Assembly (NCBI GenBank): GCA_046563655.1
Contig: CM102285.1
Coordinates: forward strand, 14,942,001 to 15,006,000
DNA length: 64,000 nucleotides
Direction: 5' to 3'
Source of the DNA: Yuukianura sp. NJ FZ-2021
Taxonomy: Eukaryota
In this document: one piece after another, positions 52,401 through 64,000 of the stretch
Position numbering within the stretch: the first letter of the stretch is position 1
Layout of the letters: each line of letters opens with the position of its first letter
Position numbers and translations under genes: made by a program
The notes under the pieces: model-generated
What the model was told of the DNA's origin: nothing
Seen by the model: only the letters and a program-made list of their open reading frames with translations
Database searches by the model: none

Positions 52401-55400
52401 TAGTCACACAACGCATTTTGTTTCGCCAGCTACAAAAATTTAAACAAAATTTTAACAATATATTAATGTTGAAAAGGTTTGAAAATCTCCATTTTCTCCA
52501 TTATGTTGTGTCAACTCACTTCTTTTGCTAAATCCAGCGTCGCTTTGTCCGTAATGGCTGGAGCAGTGTTTGGCATAGCACAGATCATAGTGAACCCTCC
52601 AGCCAGCGCTGCAGACGTTCCAGTGCAAAAATCCTCTTTGTGCGTCGCTCCAGGGTCCCTTAAGTGCACATGCTATATACATAACTTTGATGAAATGCCC
52701 GTGTATGCACAAACGTAATTTTTTTTAAGTATTTGGAAGGAATGTAGTGCGCGTGGTTAGTGTTATTAGCATGGCTTTTTCCAGTTTTATACTAATAAAT
52801 AATTCAAAATTACTTACTACGTCAATCAGGCCTGGAATTCTGATTGTTTTTCTGGAAGAGATGCAGTCAATATGCGGTTTGACGGACGGCGCATTTCGTC
52901 CAATTTTTCTCAAAGCCTGTCAGAAAACAAAAACAGACCACTTTTGTTACAATATTTCAAAAATTTCTAAAAAGTTCATGATTATTGAATTTTCCAAAAT
53001 CCAGTTGCTTTAGCATGTGATCTAGACTTTGACCTGTGATGAGGTCAACTGCATCACAGTTCAAATTCCAGTTGTCTATAATTGTTTAAATACGTCAATA
53101 CTTTTTAGTAGATTTGACACAATTCCAAATGAAGTTGACGTTTTTTGGTTCTCCAAATAACCAATCTGTCAAATGATCTAACTTATCAACTTCACTTTTC
53201 TAAAGTGGAAGTTGTTCAACCAAATTACAAGAGTTGTTAAACAACTAAAATTAACTAACCTTCTTTCCAAAAAACAACAATTTTCTCCAAAAAATGTACT
53301 TCAACTTGCAGTCTGCAAATCTCAAAATTTGCTAAACGCGCAGAACGACACTTCAAAAGTCAAATTGGAATTTACGCTCTCCACTCTCAATTTTTAGTTA
53401 TTTTGAAAAACTACAGTGTTTATCCTCTCCATTTTCTATAATCCCAAAATCCCTGATAAAGTTTAATATTTTCCAAAGCAAACTGAAATTCTGCAACCAT
53501 AAACCTAGATATAGGTCACGCGTGAAACACACTGCATTTTCAAAAACGTAAAACAAAGTGCAAAACAATTTTGAACAACTTTGAGATAAATTGTTACCTC
53601 AACGAGTAGTTTGGCACACTTGACGTCCGTGACGAGTGGTACGGAGTATTCCACGGCCAGTCGCCGTGTTCGGTAACCGTGCGTCAAGAAGGCTGACACG
53701 CGGCGTGCTCCGCCACTGCGCATGGGCAGGTTGATGACCAGGTCAAACTGCTTCCTCGCTAAGTAGTCTTGCAAATGCACAAGCTCACCCTTGTCACCAC
53801 CCTCACCAAGGTTCTCAAATGTCCACTCAACCGGCTCAACCTAAAACATCATAACAAATTAGTTTACATCAATATAAACTATTAAAATATAAAATGTAAT
53901 TTAGTAATTTGGATTATCAAATCAATATAATATAGTAATATAAAATATAAACTCATGAAATCATGAAATAACTTGGGCTTTCACCATCCGAACTGAAGAC
54001 ATTAGGTTCTTCCCATGAAATGAGTTTAAAAAACATTTGTTAACTGGCACATCGGCACCACAATAATTTTCATTGACTGGACGAAAAAGTATTTAAGGCC
54101 AAATTCCCGTCAGGAAGGACATCACTAAATTGTTTTTCAAATTGTTAAAAGTTTCAAAGTTAAAAGAAAAACACTTGACACTAACAAATATGATTTTGAA
54201 AAATAAAAACATGATTGTTGTAACAAATCACTTCAAGCATCACACTTGTCCTAGTTAAGTGATTGTACAAACCAGATAAATTTTCAGGAACGGAACTCTT
54301 CAAATTTTATACTAAGAAATTTTGAGAAAAAAAAACTAAGGTTAGGTTGTAAAAAAAAGAAATAGATATGAATTCCACAAAATTTATGAAATCACGAAAT
54401 CAGGGTACTCGTCATCAATTGCCACTGAATCAAGGTTCGCAAAAACTTTTAACTTTTAGCAAAAAAAAAATCGTCACAATTTCATACCAAAATCAAAGTC
54501 CAAGCACCAAAATGCATAGGTAGACAAAAAATTTTGAATCTTCAAAATCAGTTGATCCTTAATACTTCAAAATCAACAAAAAGATAAGATTTCCAGCATT
54601 TCTAAAAATTCAGTCTACCCAATCACAAACCGCGTTCCAAAAATTCAGCATATTTTTGCCCCAAATACAAAATCCATGAAAATTTTTATCTCAACCGTGT
54701 GAAAATTGCAAGACCTCTACAATGAATCAGTGATTGTTCAAAAACAAAAGCTTTTTAGCTAATCAATTATTCCACTAAAACTGATTAGCACTCTCATGTC
54801 TAACCAGTCGCCGATTCGTGCCAAAACCTTGTCATTTTCTGCAACCCAGTTCGAATCCAGCTATCGTCAAGTTACTTGTGTAACTTTAAAGTGAAAGGTC
54901 AGTGTAACTTTAAAGTCAAAAGTCAGTGTAACTTTAAAGTCAAAAGTCAGTGTAACTTTAAGGTCAAAGGTCAGTGTAACTTTAAAGTCAAAGGTCAGTG
55001 ACCCCCTGCAGCTCAAATCCTCTAACTAACCATGGGAATCAAGTTTAGTAGTCAAAAGAAAAAACGATTTCGCGAAACCGCGAACAAACCGGACGAACCG
55101 GAACACGTCGGCAGGAGTCAAAAGAGTATAGACGAAGTACTGACTGATTTTGACGGAACAGAGTTGCACTTTCTTCCATTCGCGGAGAGAAAAGCTCAGA
55201 TGGAAGAGTGGTTGCGTGATATCCAGGAGCACAACAGAGAGCGCCTGCGCAGAGAAATGCTCACTGATCTCCACACTTTCATCCTCAACAATGTCCTCCT
55301 CTGTGTCCAGTTCTACGCTAACTTCGACAGGTAAGTGGAAAAAAATGTTCCATGATCTCAAAATTGGAAACTTACGGCTATGAGGGTCAAATGCGAATGA

Positions 55401-58400
55401 ATTTGTCAGCCTAATCGTAACGTTTTCCAAATGCCTCCTGTAGAAAGGTAGATGGTGTGATGGTGTTTGAAAAAAACAATATTTTGGAAAATTTCAATTT
55501 GTCATAAATAAGGCAGTTACACTTTAGTGAACTTGTCAGCCTAATCGTAACGTTTTCCAAATGCCTCCTGTAGAACTTTGGCCTTTTTAAGGTAATTGAC
55601 CTTTGACTTGTGTTTCAGTGCCATGTTGGAGGCTAGGGAGTTTAAGAAATCGACAGAGGCCAAGATGAATGCCAAACTGAGTCCAATGTCAGACGACGGG
55701 ATGATCCTGGGAGAGCGGAAGTGTCTGCTGGTCCATGGCATGGGACATCAACTTGTCCAGAATTACATTTATCGTGACGACGGGTATTTGCAGAAGAAAA
55801 AATCACAGGAAAAAGCGGCCAATGAAGGTCGCAAGAGACAGGTCACGATTGCAGCAGTTCCAGAAAAGTAAGCACAACGTGACCTCAACTATTGTTTTTT
55901 AACACTAAAACTTTTTTGACTTTTTTTTTGAAATTCAAAATTTCTAAATTTTAGAAACACATCGATGGGCTTGTCAGACTTGGATGAGCCCCGAAGTACT
56001 TTTACGTGTGACAGCATTCTGCCATTTGAGTTTATCCTGACATGGGAAAATCTGGAAGTGTACAAAGACTCTGAGTGGGATAACCTCAAGGAATTTCAGT
56101 TCACCAAGGGGTCACCCGGGATATGTAGAGTCTGTCTGGAAGAAACTGACGACAAAAACAAAAGTAGCCAAATACAAATTAGCATAAATACAAATTAACC
56201 CAACTAAACAAACATTAACGAAATAACACAAGAATAGAAAATATTTCTAAGTAAAAATCCGAATTTTGAAACTCGCAGTTCCACGCGGTTTTGTGCGAGT
56301 TCGTGTCGTGGATACACCGGTATCGCTCCGACCACTTCCTCCAATTCCGGTTCATCTTGACAACGGTTCCAATTCGGCTTCTGGATCACTTGACTATGCC
56401 GCTCCAAGTTTCGCCAGCACAGCAGAACGGTCGGAACGTACTGACGACATGCACTTTGACCAAGACGAAGCCGTCCAGGAACTTCGATCCGAATCGGATT
56501 TTAGCACAACCGGAACCGGCAGCTCCAGTGAAAGCGATTCTGGAACCGATTCCGATGTTCCGCCCAACGACTACTCAACGGCATTCCGAAACGGTACAGA
56601 TTTCTTGAGCGAACTCAGACATCGTGTCGAGACGAATGCAAATGGCGAAAAAATTCTACAAAACTACATCAGCAACAGGTAAAACGGAAATTTTTCCAAA
56701 CTTTGTTATCAACTTTTCAACTCAATTTTTTTTTGTTCAAAATTTTAGTATTCCGAAATCCAGCAGTATTCCAAACCCCAAACCACTTTCAGAAGTGGAG
56801 TCTGACGAGGAATCTGAGTCTTCTGAGGAAGAGTCTGACCCCCGTCCATATTTCCAATCCCAACCACATTACGAAGTGAAACTTCCGACATTTTTGAGGA
56901 AACCGATCGACACAAACAGTGGACGGATGATCGGAGTTATACCGCAAAAGTATCAAGATGTCGTCAACGAATCGGAGGCACGCAAACACATAGTACACAA
57001 ACCGAAACCGTTACCGGTGTCTCACAGTGCCCCAACGAAACCGAAAAAGTTCGTGAAACCGGTTACGGTAGAGCCACCAAAACATAAAGTAAAAACAGCC
57101 CCACCACAGCCAGTATCTGAACCACCAAAACAAAAAACAAAACAAATACAACCGCAACCCATTGACCCACCAAAACTCAAAATCGAAGTGACCCCACCAT
57201 CTTCTCCACCAATTTCAAAAAAATCTACACCAGTATCGCAAAAATCTGCTCCGATGTTTGAAAAAAACAGACTCTTTCTCTCCCGCAACAGTATCATGCT
57301 TCATTCATCCCCGCTAGATCGAAAGTATGAAAATCTCTCAAATTTTGAATTTTTTTTTTCAAAAGTTTAAATTTTTTGAAAAATATCTAAAACTTCACTT
57401 TAACAGGAGGAAAATCAAATCACTTTCGAATCTTGCCCCACCAAAGGCTCCACCGCCGCCACCCATCCATGAAAAAAGTCCAAGTTCCGGCTACGACTCT
57501 TTGACTCCACCACAAAACGTTTTGGCTCGGTCACGCTCCAACTCCACTTCAGTTAATTCGGACGACATCAGTTACAAATGGCGCCAAAAAGAACTCAAAC
57601 GACTCTGGCAATTCATGCCCAAACGACGCACCAAAGCATCCGAACCACTCTCTACTTCTTGTTTTCAAAAAATCCAAATAGAAATTGACTCAGAGGACGA
57701 CGACATTTTAGAAGAGGACCCCGACGACCACTCCGGCAGTGGCTCAGACTCAGAAGTGTCGTCAACCAATGAGAAATCCAAGAATTTAAGCGAACCGAAG
57801 TTCGAAGACAGAACTTATCTCAACTCGGTCGGATTCTCTGCCGACTTCTGCTCAGAGTTCAAGCAAGTCGGTAGTCAGCTGGGGTTGGACGACGGTCCGC
57901 TCCGGAGTGCCGTTATTCTCGGTACGACAATTCGTTGTGCTTTGACTCAACAGATGGAGGTGGAACACGAACAGCCCCAACCGAGCACCAGTCAAAACGG
58001 CGGCGCGGGAGTTCGAAAAACCGTGAAAATGAAACCGCAGGAACTCGTTAGCAAATTGTACACGTTCACACCGAGTCTCTACAGCAAAAACTGGCCGCAA
58101 AAACCACTACTTTGGTGGAAACGGCGCATGATGCGTCAAGCTTGGGACGGAACTGAAAAGTGGCCAACACGTGATCAGGTGAGTAACCACTGTTATAACA
58201 GTAACCACCGTAACCATCATAGTAACCACCGTAACCATTTTATAATCACCAGGTAGAGGAAATCGAAGCTGGTGGATGCCACTTGATTCCACTTGGAAAT
58301 CGTTCAATCCACTCCACCCAGACTGAAAACGTTCAACAAACGTTAGTGTGGAGCGTCGCTTTTCCGCGCGCCGAAAACGTTTTACTGGACAGTTTTCGGC

Positions 58401-61400
58401 ACGTTCAGTGGCGCTGTCTCACTTTTGCTGCTCTCGTTTTTCGGACTTTTGTGGCCCCACTCGGTCCGCTCGGCGTTGGACTGGAACATGTTCGGAACAT
58501 CATGTACTTCATGTGTCACGAGGAATTCTTGTCATGGAACTTCGAACAACCAGCACTTCATCTCAAAGCAGTTTTGGACAGGTTGTATGACTGTCTTGGA
58601 CGGGGTGACATGCCCAGCTTCTTTGTCGTCGGACACAACATGTTCAAAAACATACCGACACAGAATCTACGCAAAGTCCAAGCCTATCTCAGCAGAGTTC
58701 GCAACAATTTGACGTTCCATGCAATTTACATGATCAGAAATTTAGTCCAGGTCAACGCCGATTTCTATCCGATGCCAAAAGACGATTTCAAAAAACTCTA
58801 CGACTACATGACCGTCTCCGAGAAACATATCCTCTACTACGTACGAAATTTCAAAATTTCCAAACTATTAACAATTTCGAAAAACACAGTTTTAAAAATT
58901 TCAATTTTTGAATTTCAGGTGAATCCTGTCCTATACGAAGGAATAACGACTGAAGATTTGAAAAAAGAAGCAAACGAAAAGAAACGCAAAAAACGTGAAA
59001 AACAAAAGATCAATCAAGCGCTTCTGATGAACGGGGTAACACTGAAATTTTTTTTAAAGAAAAAATTTCAGAGAAAATTTTTTTTCTAGGTTTTTTTTTG
59101 TTGAAAATTTTAGGAACTGATAGATACTGCGTATGGCAACGCAGTGAACGGAGGAGTCCCAAAATTTCGACCGATTGACCACGAACAGCGTAAACTTCGT
59201 CGAAAATATGACCGTTGGACGGAAAAACAACGAAAAATCAAAGAGGAGGAAGAGGAAAAGCAAAGACTCGCGGCCGAAGCAGAAAAATTGCCACAAGAAC
59301 GCCGAAATTCGATTGACTTGGACGAAAAACCACTCAAACAGCGTCAATTTTCAGCCCAGCGTCTTGGACTCGTTTTAAAATATTTTATCAAGCATTTTAT
59401 CAAAATGGCCGCCAAATCTTATCAATTCAAAACTTATGCTCAAGCATCCATGTACACTCAACACGTGGAAAACCTCCTGTCACTCCTCTACGAACTACCC
59501 AATGAAGCAGTTAGCGATGATTTCAAAAAATTTGAGGTTTGGAATTTTCAATTTTCTCGTATCAAATTTTTCCACCGAGAAAATGTCCACGACTGAATAA
59601 AATTTCTCACCAGAAGAAATGGTTAATCCTCCAACATCCACGTAAAAAATGTTCATGATCAAAAACTCTCCTTGGAGAAATGTTCATGACCAAAAACTCT
59701 ACGTGTAAAAAATATTAATTACCGAAAACTATCCTTGGAAAAAATGTCTTCCCCGGAAAATTGTCCGCCGAAAAAATGTTCATGACATAGAATGTAATTC
59801 ACAAACCACTCAACCTGTACACTAACTTTAACATTCATTTTCTTTCTAAACTTTTTTAGGAAGACGCCAAAGCTTTACGGGAAATGATCGGAGTGCGAAT
59901 GTTGGACTACATCCAAGAAAAAATGTCTTTGGTCGGAACCGGAGGGGCTGATACTGGAAATACTTCCAAAGTATTTGACCACATCGCTGCAATTATTTCC
60001 AGCCCACCACACGCTAGTTCTGGAATATTCTCCAACAATTGGGAACTTCGCACTCTGCCAACTCCAGAAATGTCAATGCGTTCTGCACGGAGTCTTGGTC
60101 ACTTGGAATCTTCTGTCAGGAATTCCGCCTTTTCCAGACAGATGAACCTAAACAACAACTACATGGCCAAGAGCTTAGCTTCCATTTCCATTTCCAGCTC
60201 AAACCGAACTAGAGATGAAGTCGGTTACGGTTCGGCCGGTTTCGGTTCAGCCGCTTACAGCGATTTCAATTTGTCACGTCCAGAACAAGGATTTTACAAT
60301 CAACGCAGAAATCCAGAAATTAAGTGGAACTCAAATCCAAACATGCAGAGTTCGAACCGAATTCGGTCACAAATGGACAGAGACAATGTCACTTTCGGAA
60401 CTCAAAACTACTGACGTTCCAAAAAAGTCTAAAATTTTTCAAAATTTCAAAAAAAAAAAGTCTTACGTTGATGCCGTGTTCCATGTAGTAGTCGGCCGTT
60501 CCAATACTTCCGTACAGTTTGTATCCCAAATTAGACAAAGTTCGGACACTCGTCAGGAACTCAGACTTGTGCTATAGTTTTACAGAAACAAAATGTATTA
60601 AAAACGTATTAAAATGTATTAAAATGTATTAAAATAAATTTATTAGTTTTAATATTAAAAGTTTTACCTTGTAAGCTCCAACACACAGGAGAATTGATTG
60701 TTGTGGAATCCGGAATCCAGTGCTGATCATCGCTTTTAGGTAAGCTTCGTGCCGAGTTTCACCGAAACAAGCCACCTCTCCCGTCGACGCCATTTCCACT
60801 CCCAGCATCACATCGGCTCCTAAAATTTCAAAAATTTCAAAATTTTGAAAAAAATTTTCAAAGAAGGAGGTTTTTTTTTGTACCTGCAAGTCGTGAAAAT
60901 GAAAATTGGGGCACTTTGACTCCAACTTTTCCTGTTCCCTTCATGATGTCCACTGGTTCCACAGTTTTTTTCATAATCACTTGCGTCGAAGCCGCTACAA
61001 AATCAAAATCCAACGTTTTCGAAACGAACGGAAACGATCTTGAAACGCGCAAATTACACTCGATCACCTTCAACTCATTGTCCTAAAGAAAAAAAAATTT
61101 GAAAACTAAAATTTCGATTTTGATGGATTTTGATGTGTGTTTTTTGTTACCTTTGCTAGAAGTTGCATGTTGAAGGGCCCAGTGACCTCCAGTTTTTTGG
61201 CAATGTCAGTGCAGATATTTTTGATCTTCCTGATCGTTTCTTCATTCAAATCCTGCGGTGGTGTGACCAAAGTCGCATCTCCAGAATGCACTCCAGCATT
61301 TTCCACATGCTCTGATACGGCCATACACACAATTTCTCCTCCAGAAGCAACTGCGTCCACGTCAATCTCCTTTGCCTCCACAATGTACTTGGAAATCACA

Positions 61401-64000
61401 ACTGGCTTGTCTTTGTTCACTTCTGAACAAGCACTTTTCAAGTATTTCACCAAATCCTGGTCATTGTGCACCACACACATCGCTGCACCACTCAAAACGT
61501 ACGATGGACGCACCAGACAAGGATAACCAACTTCATTCGAAAACTCCATCGCTGATTCCAGACTTTTCAACTCCTTCCACCTAACAAAAACAACAACTTT
61601 TTTCAAAAATTGTTCCAAAACAAAATTCAAAATCCTTATGAAAATTGTTGAAAGTCTGACCTCGGTTGAGAAATGCCGGCTCGATCCAGCATTCTGGAGA
61701 ACTTGAACCGATTCTCGGCATTGTCGATACTTTCTGGCGAAGTGCCGAGTATTTTGGCCTGTTGTCGGTGGAGGTCCATAGCGATGTTGTTCGGGAGTTG
61801 ACCGCCCATGCACAGAATGATGCCCTCAGGATTCTCAAGGTTGTAGATGTTCATGACCACTTCGAAGGAGATTTCATCAAAGTACAGTCTGTCACACATG
61901 TCATAGTCAGTGCTCACTGTTTCTGGATTGTAGTTGATCATCACCGTCTGCTTCCCTAAAGAACGCAACTCACGAAGACACCCGACTGCACACGAGTCAA
62001 ACTCCACCGAACTCCCGATTCTGTACACCCCAGATCCTACACAATTCAATCAAAAAAGTTTCAAAAACTAAAATTTTGAAAACTTTTAAAAATTAAAATT
62101 TTGGATTCTGACCAATGACAATGACATGGTAGCCTGGAAACGTAATGTCGTGGTCACTTGCACTGTAGGTCAAGTAGAGATAGTTGGTCGTTGCTGGCCA
62201 CTCCGCTGCTACTGTGTCAATTTGCTTCACAAATGGAAACACACCTAAGAATGTCAAAATTTCGAAAATTTCAAAATTTCAATTTTTTGAAAACTTTTTT
62301 TTTAATGGTAGGTGTTACCATATCGTTCTCTGACTGATCTGACGTTGAGTTCAGTGCTTTTGACACACAGAGCGATTTGTTTGTCTGAAAATCCGAGTTG
62401 CTTGGCTTCCACCAGAATGTCTTTGGTCAGTTCCTCTGTGCAAAGTTTCTCCAGCTCAATTTGAAACTGGACAACATTTTTCATCTTGTGCAAAAACCAG
62501 CGATCAATCTTCGTCAGTTCAAAGAGTCTGTCGATTGTGTAGCCTGACTTGAGCGCTGCAGCCAGCACATAAATTCTTGTGTCTGTCGGATGTTTCAATT
62601 CCTACAAAAACAGAACCAATTTCAGAATTCAAAATTTCAAAATCTTGATTTTTTTTTTTCAAAAAGTGTTACCTCGTCACATGCCGCTTGTGAATTGGGA
62701 TCGAATCCAAGTATGTTTTCGTCTGTCATGCGCAGAGCCTTTTGCAGTGTCTCTTCAAACCTTCGTCCAATTGCCATCACTTCCCCAACACTTTTCATTG
62801 AACTCCCAATCTAAAAGTTGAAAAAAAAAAATTCAAAAAAGTTCAAAATTTAGAAAATCCTTTCGTTTTTGATACCTTTGTGCTAACTCCAGAGAACTTG
62901 TGGAAGTCCCAATGCGGAACCTTGACTACACAGTAGTCCAGACTTGGTTCAAAGCAGGCCGTTGTGCATCCAGTAACGGAGTTGCGCAGTTCGACCAGCG
63001 ATTTCCCCAGCGCAAGTTTCGCGGCGACATAAGCCAAGGGGTAGCCAGTGGCCTTGGATGCCAACGCAGAACTTCTGGACAGTCGAGCATTGACCTCTAT
63101 GATGTAAAACTCATCTGAAGTGGGACAAAGAGCATATTGGATGTTACACTCTCCAACAATGTCCAAGTGACGAATCACTAAAAACAAAAAACACAATTTC
63201 AATTTCATTTTTTCAAAAAGTTGAAAAAAGGACATCATGATAAAAGACAATGCGCAAAGGGAACCTTTGAGTGCAGTGGCACGAAGCATAAAATAATCTT
63301 TGTTGTTTAGTGTCTGACTTGGAGCTACGACAATCGATTCTCCCGTGTGAATTCCCAGCGGATCCACATTTTCCATGTTACAAACCTAAAAAAAAACAAC
63401 AAAATTTTGAATTTCAAAATACTTTCAATCTGAAATTTTGATTTTTTTTTGAAAACTTACAGTAACGCAGTTATCGTAAGCATCTCGTACAACTTCGTAC
63501 TCCACTTCCTTCCAGCCCTTCATCGACTTGTCGATTATCAATTGACTTGACGTCGCCAGCGCTTGTACTGCCAGCGATTTCAGCTGATCTCGGTTATCAG
63601 CAAATCCAGATCCAAGGCCACCAAGACAAAACGCTGCTCTCACTAACACTGGATAGCCCAAACCCTCTGCAGCTTCCAGCGCCTGAAATTCAAAATTTCA
63701 AAAAAACTCAAAATATCAAAAATTTCAAAATTACTATAAAGTCCTTTTCTTACTTCTTCCACCGTACAAGCGATTGCACTCGGCGCAACTTTTTCTCCGA
63801 CTTCTTTCACTTTTTGTCCAAAGAGATTCCGATCCTCCGAAACAACAATCGAATTGATGGAAGTTCCCAGCACGCGGACTTTGTATTTTTCAAAAACCCC
63901 GCGTCTGTCTAGCTCAATTCCACAATTTAAGGCAGTTTGACCTCCAAAGGTCAACAGCACTCCGTCTGGCCTCTCATCATGAATCACTTGCTCAACATAG
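49447..64000 (-). CDS. CAD: CAD trifunctional protein (CPSase, DHOase, ATCase); 5' part lies beyond the window
   Basis: [47 protein letters not shown]. DHOase: [21 protein letters not shown]. ATCase: [38 protein letters not shown]. Stop at 49447. Confidence 0.98.
54878..55000. repeat. 24-bp tandem repeat, 5 copies, just upstream of the nested gene
   Basis: GTGTAACTTTAAAGTCAAA(G/A)GTCA-type units start at 54878, 54902, 54926, 54950 and 54974. Confidence 0.9.
55032..60414 (+). CDS. Large Mab21/cGAS-like-fold protein nested antisense in CAD intron 53841-60466
   Basis: Spliced ORFs give [36 protein letters not shown]...WWKRR...[22 protein letters not shown]...[13 protein letters not shown]...[12 protein letters not shown]...[20 protein letters not shown], which follows the Mab21 motif order. 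Long acidic and Pro-rich insertions. Confidence 0.8.
55403..55575. repeat. Exact 43-bp direct repeat in intron 1 of the nested gene
   Basis: TTGTCAGCCTAATCGTAACGTTTTCCAAATGCCTCCTGTAGAA at 55403-55445 and 55533-55575. Confidence 0.9.

Noticed and set aside
53025..53062. GTGATGA box-C-like motif with a small hairpin in a CAD intron (possible snoRNA)
   Set aside because: No convincing box D, terminal stem or rRNA guide could be identified.
58183..58240. NH-rich peptide ([12 protein letters not shown]) at the end of ORF 57327-58256
   Set aside because: Read-through into a short intron made of GTAACCAC repeats; splicing it out restores [19 protein letters not shown].
61137..61959. Plus-strand ORFs overlapping CAD exons
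   Set aside because: Antisense shadows of conserved CAD coding sequence.

Overview
Eukaryotic, AT-rich, compact genomic DNA with many short GT-AG introns. The gene content (singles bar, CAD, polo) points to a pancrustacean arthropod; a soil hexapod such as a springtail is only a guess. Positions ~1-7,000 contain no convincing CDS. Genes in order: TMEM42 (-), polo/PLK1 (+), a 2-exon YvgO-like gene of bacterial or fungal type (+), a large unknown coiled-coil gene with two candidate C-terminal modules (-), meckelin/TMEM67 (+), a 110-aa orphan membrane protein (+), an orphan tail-anchored protein (-), MCFD2 with two alternative last exons (+), DDB2 (+), MED10 (-), mitochondrial IleRS (+), three MARVEL genes including singles bar (+) with CHMP2B (-) after the first, and CAD (-, 5'-truncated). 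A 6.6-kb CAD intron holds an antisense Mab21/cGAS-like gene. The most interesting items are the candidate horizontally acquired YvgO-like gene, the nested and apparently catalytically degenerate cGLR-like gene, four RFX X-boxes linking two orphan genes to meckelin, a 45-bp hairpin whose mismatches are all G:U on one strand, and duplicated alternative exons in MCFD2 and a MARVEL gene. No prokaryotic system, CRISPR array, rRNA or tRNA was seen. Exon boundaries were read by eye and family calls come from motif recall, not database searches.
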